DNA of 64,000 nt from Octopus vulgaris (GCA_951406725.2 OX597815.1:129332001-129396000); one strand, 5' to 3'. Positions 37,615-51,265 are shown, counted from the first letter of the stretch. The notes: a model not told the origin generated them from the letters alone. Numbers and translations: made by a program.

Positions 37615-37880
37615 GTATATGGTCTAGTGATTAACACTTTCAGCTAATGATCATAAACTTGTGAGTTTGAATCTTGGACATAGCAACACATTGTGTCCTT
37701 CAGCAGTGCACTTCAATTTCTTTGTATAAGCCAACTCAGACTGGTACAACATGAAAATGAGTGTTATCCTAGTGCTGGTGCAGCCTTTTCATCTTTCAGC
37801 TGTTACATCCTTGATGTTCCACTGGGGGAGAGTAAAGATGATACTTGTGATTACATAGCATCCTTAAACAATTAGCAAAA
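37615..37880 (+). mobile_element. Old tRNA-derived SINE (family D)
   Basis: tggtctagtg (A box-like), gagtttgaatc (B box-like), then sequence shared with 23640-23845. Confidence 0.5.
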
Positions 37881-39239
37881 CCATGGTACACGCTACCAAA
37901 TGATAATCACTTGTGAGTGATAGTCTTGTTTTTTTTTTTTATACAAATGGAGGCATGGCTATAAATACTAAGCACTTACAACAATTTGTTTTGAAGAAAG
38001 TAAATATTCAAGCTGGTAACAGATTGTAAACCTGGTCTGAAGTAGGCCAACAATGAGCTGTTGCTGCTTTCAGTGTTGTTGTCGTTATTGTTTATTAACC
38101 TTCGACCTCTATATTCAGTCAACTGAGGTTGATGTGATCTGTGACGTGGAAGTATTTGATTGAACAATCATTTAGTCCGTATCTTAATCATAGTCCTCTT
38201 ACAATTTTTATAGAAAATAAGTCTTAACATGCAGGACTCTGGATATGTGGTCCTGTTTCAAATAGGAAGTCTATGACGATGATTATCTTTTAATATATAT
38301 ATTTTTAACTAATCTGAAAAACTGCATTTCAGTATGTCATACTTGATCCAGTTTCGTCTCATTTTTCTTTTATCCTCTTAGCTTTAGTTTATTCATTACT
38401 TCTGTGTCTACTTAGATTTACTTTATTTCTACTGTGTAAACCATCCATTAACCTTTTTTTCTTATGCCATCCATTTATATTAAATGTCCAAATCACTGTA
38501 GTTTTTTCTTTTACCCCATTTATTATGAATTTAATTAAAAATATGGTCATTATTAAACTGGAGTTGATACAAATTAACATGAAACTTTGATAAAAAGCTG
38601 TAATTTAAATCGCTTTAAAACATAGTTTGTATCATTTTGCTGACCAACTGTTTATCAGCAATTCCATAATTAAGTATAAAATAATGTTTCTCAAAATTTC
38701 TTGTAGATTTTTTTTCCTATAAAATAACAGTTGAATTATGAAGCATATATATATATATATATATATATATTTTTTATGTGCCCTTTTCAAGCCTATCCAG
38801 GTTCATGGGCCTGGTTTCCCGGTTTCTATGGCATATGTGTCACGTGGTGGAAATGAACACAATTATCAAACTTTTATTCATAAATCCAATTATTATTTCG
38901 TTCTTTTGTACATTTGTACCCAGAAATTTTCTACAACTGCATGCCAGGAGAAATGGAAAAATGAGTAATTTTATCTCCAAAACATTCTATCCTGCAATAA
39001 ATGAAAAAGTTCTTAATATTATACCAGAGGCACTTAAAATGACTGAAACAAGTAAAAGAATTTTAAAAATACCAGAAAAATGTTCCCTACCTCTAAACCA
39101 AGAAGGTTCTTTGAATATATACGATGTATTTTAAGGTTGAATAGTAATCCCATTTACGTTTGTGTAACAGATATTTTGGTTGGATTATATAGTCATTGGT
39201 GTTACATTACTTTCTATATTCTGTAACTGTCACAATATA

Positions 39240-39385
39240 CTTTTCTAGGCCTGAAATTTTTGTGGGGAGGGGCCAGTTGATTAAATTGACTCCAGTACAC
39301 AACTGGTACTTAATTTATCGACTCCGAAAGGATTAAAGGTAAAGTTGACCTTGCCAGAATTTGAACTCAGAACGTAAAGACAGGC
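39240..39385 (-). mobile_element. SINE family A copy
   Basis: ggcctgaaatttt...ctggtacttaatttatcgac...aaagttgacct...aatttgaactcagaacgtaaagac. Confidence 0.8.
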
Positions 39386-41154
39386 GGTCATAATATGCAA
39401 ACATTTCTCATGGCACCAGTACACTGTTTACAGATGCTTACATTTTTTATGCTTTCTGTGAATTTTTCACAGGTCCAGCTAGTTGTTATTATTAGTGGGA
39501 TTATTACAGCATTAGACAAAATGCTTTGCAGAAAATCTTCCAGCTCTTTACATATGGAGACTAAATCCTGCAGTGGTTAGTTTTTGTCTTTCATTCTTTT
39601 GAAGTTGAACTTGAATCTGTTGGTTGTAAGGTTATTTTCTTTCAATCAGAAATTGATTACAAATGCTGAAAGAATCTAAAATCTTTTTCTAATATTAAGA
39701 AAAGGCAGATAAGTTGATATTTAGAAGTTTTGATTATTGGCCATAAGCACACTAAATTATGTTACTAAATAATTTGATATGGATCCACTACTTTCTATCA
39801 ATATCAATTTCTTATACAGAGCATGGGTGATAGTAGTCAAATACCCAGAATTATTGGGGAAAGGATGGAAATACGCTTGTTCATGCTACTAAGGGCATTA
39901 GAAACTCGAGTGATCATAACTAAGAATTAGAATTGGGTTGTGTGCATGATTTTTATCTTTGATTTTTATTATAGCTATATCAGGGATTAAGTGGAAACAA
40001 CATAGTTGTAAAGACACTTCAGCATTTTCAAAGATATGGCCACCTTTCTAGTGTGGGTGCCTTGATAAAATACATCAAGTACACTCTGTAAAGTGATTGG
40101 TTATAGGAATGGTATCAATCCATATAAACTAAGCCAAAAATGAATCGTACAAGTGAGATATGGTTCTCATAACCTGTGCAGAAGGGCAGCAGCTTCAAAT
40201 AATTGACTCTGCCACAGAGACCCATCCAATCCATATCAGACTGGAAAGCAGATGTAAAATAATATGAAGAGAGGGATTAAGAGGGTTGTAAAGATCTACC
40301 CATCCCAAGGAGGTTTATTTGTGAAAACTCACAATCAATCATAGTGATATAATATTGTGTGTTTTTATCATTGAGTAAAACAGTTTGGGGATATCTAATT
40401 TAAAAAGTTAATGTTTTCTTCCTCTGTTTTATTGGAAAGGTAAAATTGAATTATTTTTGTCAGTGTCCGACAGTAATTAACAGTGTAGTGTAAAGAAATC
40501 CAATTACTTTAATGACATCTTAAATGAATATGTATTCTGAGACAACTACATTTAAGTGTCAGTCTGTTTAATTGTTCACTGAGACATGAAGGTTAACAAC
40601 TCTTGTAATTCCTATAATTATACATGATTGACTTTGTGAATGGAATTAATTTCTGAAAGTTCCTTCTAAGTACAGTTTTGATTTTTTTAAAAATAGAATG
40701 AAGTTTTATCAATTAATTTCTCAAATAATGTATCAATGTATTTGTTTCTATTGGCTAGTGAGTAACGAAAGGCAAGGCTAATCTTTGTAGAAAATAATAA
40801 AACCCTAAGCTACATTATATAAAACAGGACTGCACATCATATTAGCCTAAGTGCATGTATTGTTTTCCCATGTAGCTTATTGAGAATTTAGAAATAACCT
40901 GTTTCTAAGAAAAATAAGTAATGTGTGTTTGGATAAGTATTAAGCTGTTTATATGATTAGAGGAGTGAGACACACATCTTCTGATTAGTCACGATACATT
41001 GATTTCTTAAGTTTCAACATTGATTAGTTGATTTACATAACACTTAATATTTACTTCATATATATGAAAAATCAGTCATATAAAATACCATAAAGTGTAT
41101 GAATAAATAAATTTTATGTAAGAATTTATATCTAGATTTACTCTAGAAACTAGA

Positions 41155-41320
41155 CGCAGGAGGGGCTATGTGGTAAGTAGCTTGCTTACCAACCACATGG
41201 TTTCAGGTTCAGTCCCACTGCGTGGCACCTTGGGCAAGTGTCTTCTACTATAGCCTCAGGCCAACCAAAGCCTTGTGAGTGGATTTGGTAGATGGAAACT
41301 GAAAGAAGCCTGTCATATAT

Positions 41321-41351
<31 letters not shown>

Positions 41352-41613
41352 TATCTATATATATCTGTAAATGTAATATCTGACAATTATTTGGTAGCCA
41401 TAAAACTCTGAGTTTCAGATGCCGGGGTGGAAATTACAGTAATTTTCCTTTGTTTAACGGTCATTTTTTCCGATGGCTGGATAACTGAAGAGAGGGCTGT
41501 TGTTTTATCATGGCTACTGAATAATTGTCACATATTACATTTACAGATAAATTCCTCTATTTACATATAATATCAAGGTCTCTTTCATTCTTTTGTTGTC
41601 TTACCATTTTTAT

Positions 41614-41659
<46 letters not shown>

Positions 41660-41870
41660 TATGTATATGTTTGTGTGTCTGTGTTTGTCCCCCCCAACAT
41701 CTTTTGACAACTGCTGGTGGTGTATTTATATCCCCATAACTTAGCAGTTCGGCAAAAGAGACTAATAGAATAAGTACAAGGCTTACAAAGAATAAGTTCT
41801 GAGGTCGATTTGTTCGACTAAAGGCAGTGCTTCAGCATGGCTGCAGTCAAATGACTGAAACAAATAAAAA
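41155..41870 (+). mobile_element. SINE family B split by an insertion in its central microsatellite
   Basis: 5' half at 41155-41335 and 3' half at ~41660-41870, with a foreign fold-back sequence between. Confidence 0.8.
41363..41615. mobile_element. Fold-back insertion (Penelope-like) in (TA)n/(CA)n
   Basis: atctgtaaatgtaatatctgacaattatttggtagcca (41363) pairs with tggctactgaataattgtcacatattacatttacagat (to 41548). ctgaaga on + and gaaac on - lie between the arms. Confidence 0.6.
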
Positions 41871-42094
41871 AAAAATACCATGTGAGTTGTGAGGCAGACC
41901 TCATATGCATCCATGGGTATTTAAGCAATGTGCTCGTGGACAGTTGATGGGTTGGATGTGATACTGATGAAAGAGCAATAACTCTTGAAATTTGCATTTA
42001 CACCCATTACCTATGTTTTCTATTTTCAATCACATTGTTTACATAGACATCGTAATTTACAGTGCTGGCTCTGGGTTCTGTGGGAAATCTACAG

Positions 42095-42435
42095 GTGTAG
42101 TTGTGGTTTTGTGGTAATAAGTTTGCTTCTCAATTGCTTGGTTCTGGGTTCAGTCCCACTGTGTGACGCTTTGGAAAATGTCTTCTACTATAGCCTTGGG
42201 CTAACCAATGCCTTGTGAGTGGATTCGGTTGATGGAAACTGAAAGAAGTCCATTGTGTGTGTTTCTGTCCGTTTGTCCCCTATGACCACTTGACAACTGA
42301 TGTTGGTGTTTACATCCTTGAATTTAGCTCTTCAGCAAAAGAGACCGATAGAATAAGTACTAGGCTTAAAAAGAGAAATTCGTCAAGGTCCCAGCATGGC
42401 CACAGTCTAACAACTGAAAAAAGTGAAAGAAAAGA
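42095..42435 (+). mobile_element. SINE family B copy
   Basis: gggttcagtcccactg...gtcttctactatagcc...gaataagtactaggctt...cagcatggccacagtc. Confidence 0.8.
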
Positions 42436-42469
42436 TAAACTTAAAAATAAATTAACTGCACTGCTAATA

Positions 42470-42760
42470 CAAGATAAGACACAATATTCCGAAAAGCTCT
42501 ACCTGCGACGATTTCATCTCAATCGAAGGAGAGGAGCTTTCTCCGTCCAGATTGCGGATCCGTGGAACAAGCTGCCAGACGAGATGGTGAAGATGCCAAT
42601 GACCGCTTTGTTCAAAGTCTCCCTTGACCTCAAGTGGCCTGAACTCTTTACATGAACACCACCCTGTACTTAACTCCATGTCACACTACATGGCCTTGCT
42701 TTTTGCTTTTGAGCCAAAAAATTAACTAACTTAACTAACTAACTTAACTAACTAACTAAC
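42470..42760 (+). mobile_element. 5'-truncated CR1-clade LINE with (TAAC)n tail
   Basis: Open peptide LRRFHLNRRRGAFSVQIADPWNKLPDEMV...LFKVSLD (R--FFS-R----WN-LP...FK--LD motif) to stop 42655. Tail aactaact. Possible TSD ctaata. Confidence 0.85.
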
Positions 42761-44169
42761 TAATATTGACTTGTAAACCTTTATTATACTTGGTAGTATA
42801 TTGTTGCAAAATGAAATACTGTGCCTTTACTAGTGTTATGTAGTGTGCAGGCAGGCAGGGCCTTGTGGTTAAGAAATTTGCATTGCAACCACATGGTTTT
42901 GAGTTTAGTTTTACAGCATGGCACCATGAATGCTATGGCCCTAGGCTGACCTTGCAAAGCATTTTTTCCAAAGTGATATGTAACCCTTTTGGATTTTTTT
43001 GGTTATGCAGCATCTAGCCAATCTATATTGTCTCTGCTATGGAAAGAAAGGAACAAACAAAATGAGAAGAAAAAGCTAGCTAAATGTATTGAAATTTATA
43101 AACGGATAAATTCACAAGAATTCTAAAATTGTGGTTGCTTTTTTTTTCCTGAGAAATGAGATTTGCATTAAACTTGTAGAAGAGTTTACTTTCTACATTA
43201 GCCATGAAGTGTATAATGTTTGGTAATGTGTTTGTTTATTCTGTAACTGTGTTTACAGTATTTTATAAACACCTGTCTGTTCCATATTACTTTGTAATGT
43301 CTGACCAGTTATGTAAGTTCAGGAAAGATAAATGGATTATGAATTAATTGAATTAATAATCTGTCAATTCATAATTTGATTCATGGGGTTATTTCCCTGT
43401 TGTAGATATCAAACTGCGGTGAAGCACCTTGTTTGTTATGTTGGACATTAGTAGAATATCCTATTCTGTTAGCACTAAGTGGCTGATAAATTATCTTGTG
43501 GAAATAAAGTAGCAAAAATAAAGACTTACAATATCTAAACTTGAAATAAGGAATGGCAAGTGATCTGTAATGTAATAAGTAATGTGGTTAGCCAACAAGC
43601 AATAGGTATGTGGTTTGATTACCATCAGTGGGTTTATTGCTCTATTCTGTTTCAAATTGCTGTCTATGAAAATCAAGAGAATAATTTTATCTCAGATGAA
43701 ATATGTTTTCTATTCATTATTTTCAATATTTTAGTATGGAATAGGTTTTGTTGAAGCAATTAAATTTACATTAAATGTTTTACTGTTACTAATGACTAAA
43801 CAACGAGGAAGGAGTGGAACCTGTCACTAAACTATGTAGGCAGCATTTCAGCATTTCAATCTTATAGTTTTGTGTGAGTGTTTGTTTTCTTGTGCATATA
43901 AATGTCTTTGTGTGTTTGCTACTTGGGTTATTCAAATAAGAAATTGCTGGAAAAAAGTGGGGTTTTTTCTTTCTTTTTTCCTTTTGTTAATTTCAGACTT
44001 AGATTCCTTTGTTAATAACATTATATATGTTTTTTTATTCGTCCTCCCACTACATTATTATTTACTGTCTCTTGGGCTTTAGATAAGGCTCTCTATAACT
44101 GTCCTTTATGGTGATGTCACATGAAGCAGCTACTGCAAATAAGCGCTGTATATCAATATCTTCCACCTG

Positions 44170-44620
44170 CACAGCTTGAGACAAATCCTGGATATCAAAT
44201 GAACTGAGTTGCCAACATTGAGGCCCTGGTTTGTGTCCAAATACACAACCTTCTCATCTTACTTTAAACAATCAGTCTTCCACTGGCTGGGTCACTTACA
44301 CTGCATGTCATAAAAGAATATAAAAAGACCTGCCGTATGGTGAACTAGCCTCTAGCAAGTGAAGACAATTTCAAAGATGACATGAAGTCCTTTACATGAA
44401 TGTTGAAAGGTGTGAGGATACAGTAGGGATCATTCCTACTGGAAGCTGGAACTAGGCAAGGGTATAAAAGGACAAGAGAAGAGGCTGATGAAAAAAAGAC
44501 AAAATCAATGAATAAACTTCACCAGGACAAGACTGGCAAAATAGTGCCTTCAAATGCAGTGATTATAAGAGGGCCTGTCACTTACATGTAAGTTTCTACA
44601 ATCAAAACAAGACTTTGCAG
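44170..44620 (+). mobile_element. Degraded RTE (BovB-like) LINE ORF 3' fragment
   Basis: Peptides LHWLGHLHCM and KDLPYGELASSK match the RWLGHV-RM...PK-LLYGEL motif. Confidence 0.7.
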
Positions 44621-45857
44621 ATTCATGGTTTCATGATACTAACAGACATCTCCAATATCCTTATGTCTGTATTACTTATGTCTTTGTCATTTTTCTTAAA
44701 TGACCAGAATTGCCATTAGGAAGGAAATTTAGCCATGAAACGCTGCTTCAAAAACTGCCCAAAATGGTAATGATGACTACTTAATTATTTGGCATTGGCA
44801 AGAGATGCATGCTATGAAACACTGATTTGGTTATAAAATTAGATATGTGCATCTCTTCAACTTATGCAAACAGTAAATAAATACATAAATACATACATAC
44901 ATCAAAAATAAAGCCAAATAAAGTCACTATAAACAACTGCTTAATCTAAAATTGGAATCCTATTTTCTGCTTCATTCTGGCACCATTTTATAAGTTTGGG
45001 CTAATTGCTGTTAAGAATCATCTTATCTTGTTTATTTGATCTCATTGCAATGTTGTTATTGTAGTTGCCACTCCTCCAAAAGAAGTTTAGTGTTGCAATT
45101 TGATTTGAAGTGGCATAATGGTTTCAACTGGAATTGACTTGAAAGATTTGAAACTTCTACAGAGAAACTTCTCCATGCAGACTATTGCCTCCAGCAAATA
45201 TGGCAGAACAATTTGCATTCCATTCAGAATATGGTTCTACATTGAAATCAATGTTCTATTAGAACCATCTCATTGCAGACACTTGTCGCTTTTATATCTC
45301 TCTCAAAACTTTTGCACAACAGTGCAATATGTACTTGAGGAATAAGAGATGTTCATTTGGTTTTATTTATACATTCTGTTTGCTATATGTAGGAGTGTGT
45401 GTGCAGGATTATACAACACCTGGAAATGGCAATGTTGTTTTGTGCTCTAAAAGAGAAACAATTACAAAACCAGTGATATGATGTGAAGGTAATATTTTGC
45501 ATCTTTAACTTTAGATTTTTAGCCTAAATGTAATTTCTATTTTAGAGAACATCTGGCCCATTTGTCAGGCTTCCAGCCAACTGGTAATTAGATTAAGAGT
45601 GCTAAATATTCTGTTAGAAAAATTAAGAAATTTACCTATATACCATCTCCAGAACTATATGTAGCCGGTTTATTAGGGTTCTAGCTGACAGTCCAATCGC
45701 CATTTTCTTTGTCTTTTATCTTTTCACTTTTAGTTTCTCTTCCATTTTGCTTATCTTTCTCTTTTCTGTTATCCTCCTTTTTTTTTTCACTCTTTTCTTT
45801 CTCCTTCCCTCTTCTATCAAACACATTGTGTGTGTTTGTGTGTCACACAAACACTAG

Positions 45858-46262
45858 CACAGGCATGGCTGTGTGGTTAAGAAATTTGCTTTCCAGCCAC
45901 ACAGTTTCAGGTTCAGTTCCATTGTGTGACACCTTGAGCAAATGTCTTCTGTATAGCCCTGGTCCAACCAAATCCTTGTGAATAGATGTAACGGACAGAA
46001 AAGAAGCCCATCATGTGTGTGTGTGTTTATGTCTCCTTGTTTAGACATTGTATGATAGCTGCAAGTGAGTGTTACTATTATACATGCAGTGCCATTCATT
46101 TCCAATATTCTGTGAAAATATTTCTGGCCATGGGGAAATATTACCTTGCTTGGAAACAGATGAGGGCTGGCAACAGACAGGGCATCTGGCCATAACTTTG
46201 CCTCAATAAACTCAAACTCTGTCCAATCCATACATGGGAAAGTGGACATTAAAATTATTATG
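45858..46262 (+). mobile_element. SINE family B2 (family B head, different body, RTE-like tail)
   Basis: Family B head, then tgtctggccatggggaaatattaccttgcttggaaacag...gggcatctggcc...ccaatccat...gtggacattaaa. Also at 53180-53470(-), 57545-57950 and 61460-61830(-). Confidence 0.75.
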
Positions 46263-46759
46263 GTGTAGTATGCCCTGTGTGTGTGTGTGTGTATGTGTGA
46301 ATGTTAACATTTTGCTTGTCAACTCTTGAGTGAAATGGTGATGTTCACATTCCATGTTGAAAATATGTTCTTTGCTTTCATGGGTTGGAGATTGAATGAG
46401 CATCTGGGCATAAACTCTTGCCTCAAAATCAATTTCTGTCTGAGACATATTGGCATGAAAAAAATATATGGACATTAAACAAACATCATCATCAGTGCTT
46501 GTGCCTCCTATCAGGCATTCACTGACAGGGAGAAATAAATAAATCAAAACTGAAGTGTGATTATTAAAAAGAAAAAAGGAACTCTGATGTAGAGTTAATA
46601 TGACAGACATAACTTAGTCTAGGAATGTCAGTTCTGTACATATCGGTATTTGCAGTTCCAGTATGGATTTGTGCACTTTGCTGCACACTACAGTTTTAGT
46701 ATATTGTAAATGTGGAAGTAAGAAGATGGTATCCTTTGCTATTCTTGTATGTGTATATA

Positions 46760-47135
46760 AGGCACAGGCTGGCTGTGTGGTAAGAAGCTTGCTTCCCAAC
46801 CACATGGTTCCGGGTCCAGTCCCATTGTATGGCACCTTGGGCAGGTGTCTTTTACTATAGCCCCAAGCCAACCAAAGGCTTGTGAGTCACTTTGGTGGAC
46901 AGAAACTGAAAGAAGCCCTATTGTAGGTTTTTGTGGCTGTGTTTTTCCCCCTCCCACTGCTTGACAACCAGTGTTGGTGTGTTTATGTCCCCATAACTTA
47001 GTGGTTTAGTATAATATAGAGAACAAGTACCAGGCTTTAAAACAAATAAGTACTATGATTGATTCATTCAACTAAAAATTCATGGCAGTGCCTCAGCATG
47101 GCCACAGTCTAATGACTGAAACTAGTAAAAGATAA
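46760..47135 (+). mobile_element. SINE family B copy
   Basis: Full head-to-tail similarity to 59003-59445. Confidence 0.85.
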
Positions 47136-48300
47136 AAAATATGTAATCATTTTACACTTACTTTATATATTGGCTGAGTCAGACAGGTCATGATGGTCTG
47201 GGTCATTTCTTATTCAAAGTGACTTCCTTCCTGGATGTATCATTTATACATTCTATTTTTGATATGACTTCTATGGCTAGATGCCTTTAACACCAACAAC
47301 TTTAGAGTGTACTGAGTGCATTTCATCCTGGTACTTGTACGAGAGAGATTGTCATGTCTTTTCAATGACTCTTCTAACTTTATCCTCCTTCTCCAGATTG
47401 TCTTTAGGTCTGTATAGCTTTTACTTTAAAGTCACTAATCATTAGCATATGTTGAATGGTACATTCTTCACCAGAGGAAGACTTAACTTTTCCAACTGTC
47501 TGTCTATCTTATTTCCTGGTGAATACAAAGTTTAGCTAGCTCCCATGTTTGCTTGATTAGTTGGCTGGCTGGCTTCCTGAAGTTCATGTTGCAAATGATG
47601 AATTCAGTTACATAACAGGAACCTTGACTTGTTCTCTGTACCACATAACCATAGCCTTCATGTATGCCAGAGAAGCTGACATAGTGGTCTTTGTGTTCAT
47701 TTAAATCACCAGCATTGATAATGAGGTTGTTGCAGAAAAAAAGCAGTTCTCTTCATTTGCCAGCCCTTTTTGTGGTGCATCTGAGGAGGTAACTGTTATT
47801 GTTGGTTTACCTGTGACTAATCTAAGCTTAATCTATTACTTATGTATGTATGAACATGCATATGTGAGCATACATGCATGCATATATTTGCATTGTATAT
47901 ACACATGTATGCATTTGCACATGACCAATGTCTTTAGATAGGCACAGACATGACTACATGGTAAGAAGTTTACTTCCCAACTACATACTTCTTGGTTTGG
48001 TCCTACTGTGTGGCTTCTTGAGGTAGTGTCTTCAGACCCAAGTTGACCAAAACCTTGTGTGTAGATTTGGTGGATGGAAATGGAAAGAATCCAATTTGTG
48101 TGTGTGTGTGTGTGTGTTGCATGTTGCCTCAACTACTTTATCCATTTCTCTGCTAACAATATGCCAATGTCACTCCTCCTATCTGAAAACTTTCCATCTT
48201 TGCTCTTGTAGCATAGCTCAGTGATATCCTCACTGTTTGAGAGATATATTAGAAATAATGTCATAGCAGATAAGTTAACTTTTGGCTCCTATTTGGACCC

Positions 48301-49106
48301 TGTTGTGCACTGCTCTGATTGGTTGGCATTGGCATAGTTTGTCTCTTGACTTATTTCGCGCCAATGTGTGAACCAACCAATCAGATCACGTGACACAGTC
48401 TTTTGGATTTTCTCCTGGAGCCTCTAGCATGTTATAAAAGGCCCCAGCATTCATGGTATCTATCTTTGGTTCGAGTCCTTCTCAGGACTAACCTCTGATC
48501 ACAGAGCGACTCAGCCAGTCCAGTTCCAGTGACAGACAACATGCAGCAACTCAGGACCGTTCTCCACCATTGCCATCATCGACTTCAACGATGCGTACAC
48601 AACATTCACCCAGAATAACTTCTCACTGTTTGTGACTACTTCACCAAGGTTAACAGTCCAGAACTACCTGCAAGAATTCTATATCAAGTAACCCAGCACA
48701 GCATAATAGCCACAACCTCTATGCAACACGTGTCGTAACCGGTTCTGCTTCATGACCTCAACTTCTTGTACAGGACTACAACTATTGTGTGACCTTACTA
48801 CGAACTGGTAAATTAACTCCATCTTGTCTGAAATATCCTGAGAGACTCATTCTATGCTCTGTATTGTATTCTATCTCACATGCAAGCACCTTATTTGTAC
48901 TTCAGTCGCACACACGAACACACAGACACAACCACTTGTTGCATGCACTCAGACACTACACTCTGCTAGCACTCACACACGCTTTTATCACTATGTACAC
49001 ATCTGTAAAATAAAGTTCTTTCTTCTCTCAAACAGTAGAATGGTTGTGTTTTTCTTCCTTACTCTTTACTGGCTCTCATATTCTTTATACCATGTATTCG
49101 GCAATA
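48301..49106 (+). mobile_element. Putative solo LTR (~800 bp)
   Basis: TGTTG start and ...GGCAATA end (decayed CAACA). Opposed CCAAT boxes, TATAAAA at ~48433 and AATAAA at ~49009. Locally higher GC/CpG. No TSD match seen. Confidence 0.5.
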
Positions 49107-50534
49107 TTCTTCTGTAGGGCAACCATATGGCGTTTAAAAGACATTTCTGTCACCAACTCCTTTACGTACAGTCGTTTTACTACACTCTCTAGGCTGAAAC
49201 TGTCCTCCAATTTTGTCCCTTGAATACAACACACATTTTTTCCCCTGACTTTCATTGTTCCAATGTTAATCGTGGCAGTCCTTAAGTTTTAAACTTGACA
49301 GGAAGTGGTCTGTGCCCAGTGGTGAATGGGTAGATCTATATTTGTTTTCTACATCTAAAATAAAGTTTGTGCAGTCATTTCTCATAACCAGATGGGGTGT
49401 CCCCCAATTCAATTCACTTTTATTCCTTTTCTTTCTAGTGAATTTCTACAAATAATTATTAATGCCAAGATGCAAAATATGGCTGTGTGGTGAAGAATTT
49501 CACTTTTCAAGAATGAGGCTTAGGGTTCAGTCCCACAACCTGGTACTTTGGGTAATTATCTTCCAATATAGCCCAAGATCTTGTGAAGGAATTTTCTAGA
49601 CACAAACTGAGCAAATCGTGTGTGTGTGTGTGAATGTTTACAAAACTATTGAGCTACAAGTAGTGGCACTGACGTCACTGTTTATGAATCGGCTATAAAT
49701 GGTGACATCATTATTTGTGTTTGAGCTGCAACCAATACAGTTTGTTGATGATTTCTTATCAACAAATTTATCTGTGAATTTCTTGCTCTCCGTTTCCTCT
49801 GAGATAAAAGAAATTCCTTACTTGAAAGACAAGTACAAGTTGATAACAGGAAGTGCATCTGGCCATAAAAATCACATCTCAAATTTTCTCATCAAAATCA
49901 TACTAGCATAGAAACATGGATTAAATGAAATGCAAAGATAGATGGTGGCAGTCTTTATTGCCTTTTTTTTTTAAGTGGCAATGATTGAAACAATCTATGC
50001 TTCCTTGGCCTTATAAAAAGCAATGTTGCTCTTGACACCAGCAAACCTTTGACACTGTGAAATGCAGAAGGGCCTCTCAGATAATTGTACACCAAAATTT
50101 ACTTTCATCTTTCAACAAAAGTTTTCCTTCAGACAATTCCGTCACTTAGAGAAGCAAAACATGCCATCATATATCTACTGCCTCTGTAGCAAATGACAGA
50201 GAAATACAGGAGAGGTTCAACCACCTCAATACCTGTCCACTCACCCAGCTCAAACCTCTGCATCACCTCACTTATTCTCATCACCCACAATGTCCCTGAA
50301 AAGCATGACCCAACACATCTTTATTATCTCTCTATCACTCTCTTTATCTTACTATCTAACTCACTCTCCTTTCGTTTTCAACTGGGGTATCATGTATCTA
50401 CTGTACAGCAAGTTACTTATCTCTGTCCCTTTATACCCTTAATCTCTCATTTAGCACAAAGCCAAACCCTACTCAATACTATGCCCCACTCTCTGTTGAG
50501 GCTCTCTTGTTTTACAAAGTACTTGGTAACCCTG

Positions 50535-51265
50535 ATGGCGCTGGTGCCATGTAAAAAGCACACAGCACACTTTAAAGTGGTCAGCATTAGAAAGGGCATC
50601 CTGCTGTAGAAACCAGGTCAAAACAGACAACTGGAACAAACTCCTGGCTTTGCTAGTTCTTGTCAAACTATCCAACCCATACCAGCATGGAAAATGGATG
50701 TTAAATGATGATAATGTCCTTTTTTTTCTTTTTGCATTTTCATTATGATGAAATAAGTCAACCTATTAAGAGAGGCAGAATTATCTATCAGACTAATTAC
50801 AGCAGGCATTAAAAATGAAGCTCAACATATTTAGGCTCTAAACTTCATTAGGCAAATATGTATTAGCATAGGGCCATAGATTGGCTCCCATGCTGGTGAC
50901 ATGTGAAAAGCACCTATTGAGCGTGATCGTTGCCAGCATTGCTTTACCGGCATGTGCTGGTGGCATGTGAAAAACAACAGTCAAGCGTGGTCATTGACAG
51001 TGCTGCCAGACTGGCTCCCATGCAGGTAGCATATAAAAACGCCTTTTGAGTGTGGTTGTTGCCTGAACCTCCTGACTGACCCTCGTGCTTGTGGCATGTA
51101 AACACATCCACTACACTCTTAGAGTGGTTGGTGTTAGGAAGGGCATCCAGCTGTAGAAACTCTGCCAGATCAGATTGAGCCTGGTACAGCCTCTGGCTCA
51201 CCAGTCCTCAGTCAAACTGTCAAACCCATGCCAGCATGGAAAGCAGATGTAAAACGATGATGATT
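50535..51265 (+). mobile_element. Two RTE-type 3' UTR fragments (50535-50715, 50885-51265)
   Basis: Both end aagggcatcc...ccaacccat...cagcatggaaa...aaa(t/c)gatgat. The second contains ~55-60-bp internal repeats. Confidence 0.75.

Noticed and set aside
43395-43500. Possible exon after ccctgttgtag
   Set aside because: Weak pyrimidine tract, early stops and no clear donor.
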